Shown piece by piece: positions 63,202-64,000 of a DNA stretch of 64,000 nucleotides (positions are counted from its first letter, which is position 1; each line of letters starts with the position of its first letter). The notes beneath the pieces were generated by a model that saw only the letters and a program-made list of their open reading frames with translations, was not told where the DNA came from and searched no databases. Source of the stretch: Spirochaetota bacterium (lineage in GTDB: Bacteria > Spirochaetota > UBA12135 > COTS27 > JAFLEE01); the NCBI GenBank assembly GCA_017302015.1, contig JAFLEE010000014.1, positions 5,097-69,096 on the forward strand. The letters run 5' to 3'. Both the position numbers and the translations under genes were made by a program.

Positions 63202-64000
63202 TTGAACCCGAACCGCGTCCTCTCCCGTTGGCTGACCGTCGTCGTGCTGCTTTCCCTCTTGCTCGTCGCTATCGGCGGCATCACCCGCCTGACCCGATCG
63301 GGCCTCTCCATCACCGAGTGGAAGCCCGTCACCGGCGTGCTCCCCCCCATCGGCGAGGCGGCCTGGACGGCGGAGTTCGCCAAGTACCAGGCCACGCCCG
63401 AATACCTCAAGGTCAACAAAGCGAACGGCATGGCCCTGCCCGAGTTCAAGGGCATCTTCTTCTGGGAATGGCTCCACCGACTCCTCGCCCGCCTCATCGG
63501 CGTCGTGCTCGTCCTCCCCTTCACCGTCCTCCTCTTCGCGGGGAAACTCCGCAAAGAACACGCGGCCAAAGGCGCCGTGCTCCTCGCGCTCCTGGCCTTC
63601 CAGGCGCTCCTCGGCTGGTTCATGGTGAAAAGCGGCCTCGTCGAACTCCCCCGGGTCAGCCACCTGCGCCTCGCCGCCCATCTTTCGGCGGCCATCCTCT
63701 TCATCACCGTCACTTGGGCCTTCGCCCTCGGCTTTCGATCCGAAGAGGCCGCCCCCGCCAACGCCGACCGCGGCCCCGCCTTCCACCGCGGCGCCCTCCT
63801 GCTCTTGGCGCTATTTGCCGTGCAGATCCTCTACGGCGCCTTCACCGCAGGCCTTCGGGCCGGCGTCGTCTCCACCACCTGGCCCCTTATGGAGGGCAGC
63901 CTCATCCCAAACGGAATGGGGTGGATGAGCCCGTTCCTCCGCAACCTCTTCGATAATCCCGTCACCGTTCACTTCATCCACCGCACCCTCGCCCTCTTCG
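63202..64000 (+). CDS. ctaA: heme A synthase (CtaA / COX15 family), 3'-partial at window end
   Basis: My translation from TTG 63202: LNPNRVLSRWLTVVVLLSLLLVAIGGITRLTRSGLSITEWKPVTGVLPP...EFKGIFFWEWLHRLLARLIGVV... Multi-TM with the conserved EW/H residues of COX15. Absent from the ORF track because it has no stop in the window. Confidence 0.7.
   Translation, partial: MNPNRVLSRWLTVVVLLSLLLVAIGGITRLTRSGLSITEWKPVTGVLPPIGEAAWTAEFAKYQATPEYLKVNKANGMALPEFKGIFFWEWLHRLLARLIGVVLVLPFTVLLFAGKLRKEHAAKGAVLLALLAFQALLGWFMVKSGLVELPRVSHLRLAAHLSAAILFITVTWAFALGFRSEEAAPANADRGPAFHRGALLLLALFAVQILYGAFTAGLRAGVVSTTWPLMEGSLIPNGMGWMSPFLRNLFDNPVTVHFIHRTLALF

Overview
This is a high-GC (about 65-70% by eye) bacterial chromosomal window. 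I infer a PVC-superphylum organism (Verrucomicrobia/Planctomycetes). The basis is a DUF1549/DUF1553 + DUF1501 gene pair, an LVIVD-repeat protein, a Cys-type sulfatase, many AraC-family regulators and several very large secreted multidomain glycosidases. Layout: (i) 1-10 kb is an insertion-sequence graveyard among regulators that look disrupted. It holds a frameshifted IS91-family transposase, an intact IS256-family element and a truncated IS481-family remnant, alongside a LacI-type domain protein lacking its HTH, a GntR-PBP fusion regulator and a beta-helix GH28-like hydrolase. (ii) 10-35 kb is a carbohydrate-utilisation / regulator cluster: sugar-phosphate isomerase, GH-A glycosidase, GH63-like hydrolase, M14-like peptidase, LVIVD protein, a 1370-aa CBM+GH42-like protein, sulfatase, and four AraC regulators. 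It contains a roughly 0.8-kb segmental duplication and a mosaic of short duplicated gene fragments, and a lower-GC islet carries a CDA-fold deaminase. (iii) 35-47 kb carries three giant secreted glycosidases plus a XylR-like (PBP+AraC) regulator. (iv) 47-53 kb is a five-gene, translationally coupled operon: DUF1549/DUF1553, DUF1501 (Tat), a 752-aa secreted protein, a thioredoxin-fold CxxC protein, then a small OM beta-barrel gene. (v) 53.6-58.3 kb is a single 1572-aa cytoplasmic hybrid sensor kinase with an unusual N-terminal array of tandem divergent STAS-like repeats. (vi) 58-64 kb holds a metallophosphoesterase / MBL-hydrolase / sugar-phosphate isomerase / Gfo-Idh-MocA oxidoreductase operon, a divergent AraC regulator, and a partial heme A synthase gene. 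I recognised no rRNA, tRNA or CRISPR array. Many long antisense ORFs in the supplied track are high-GC artefacts.
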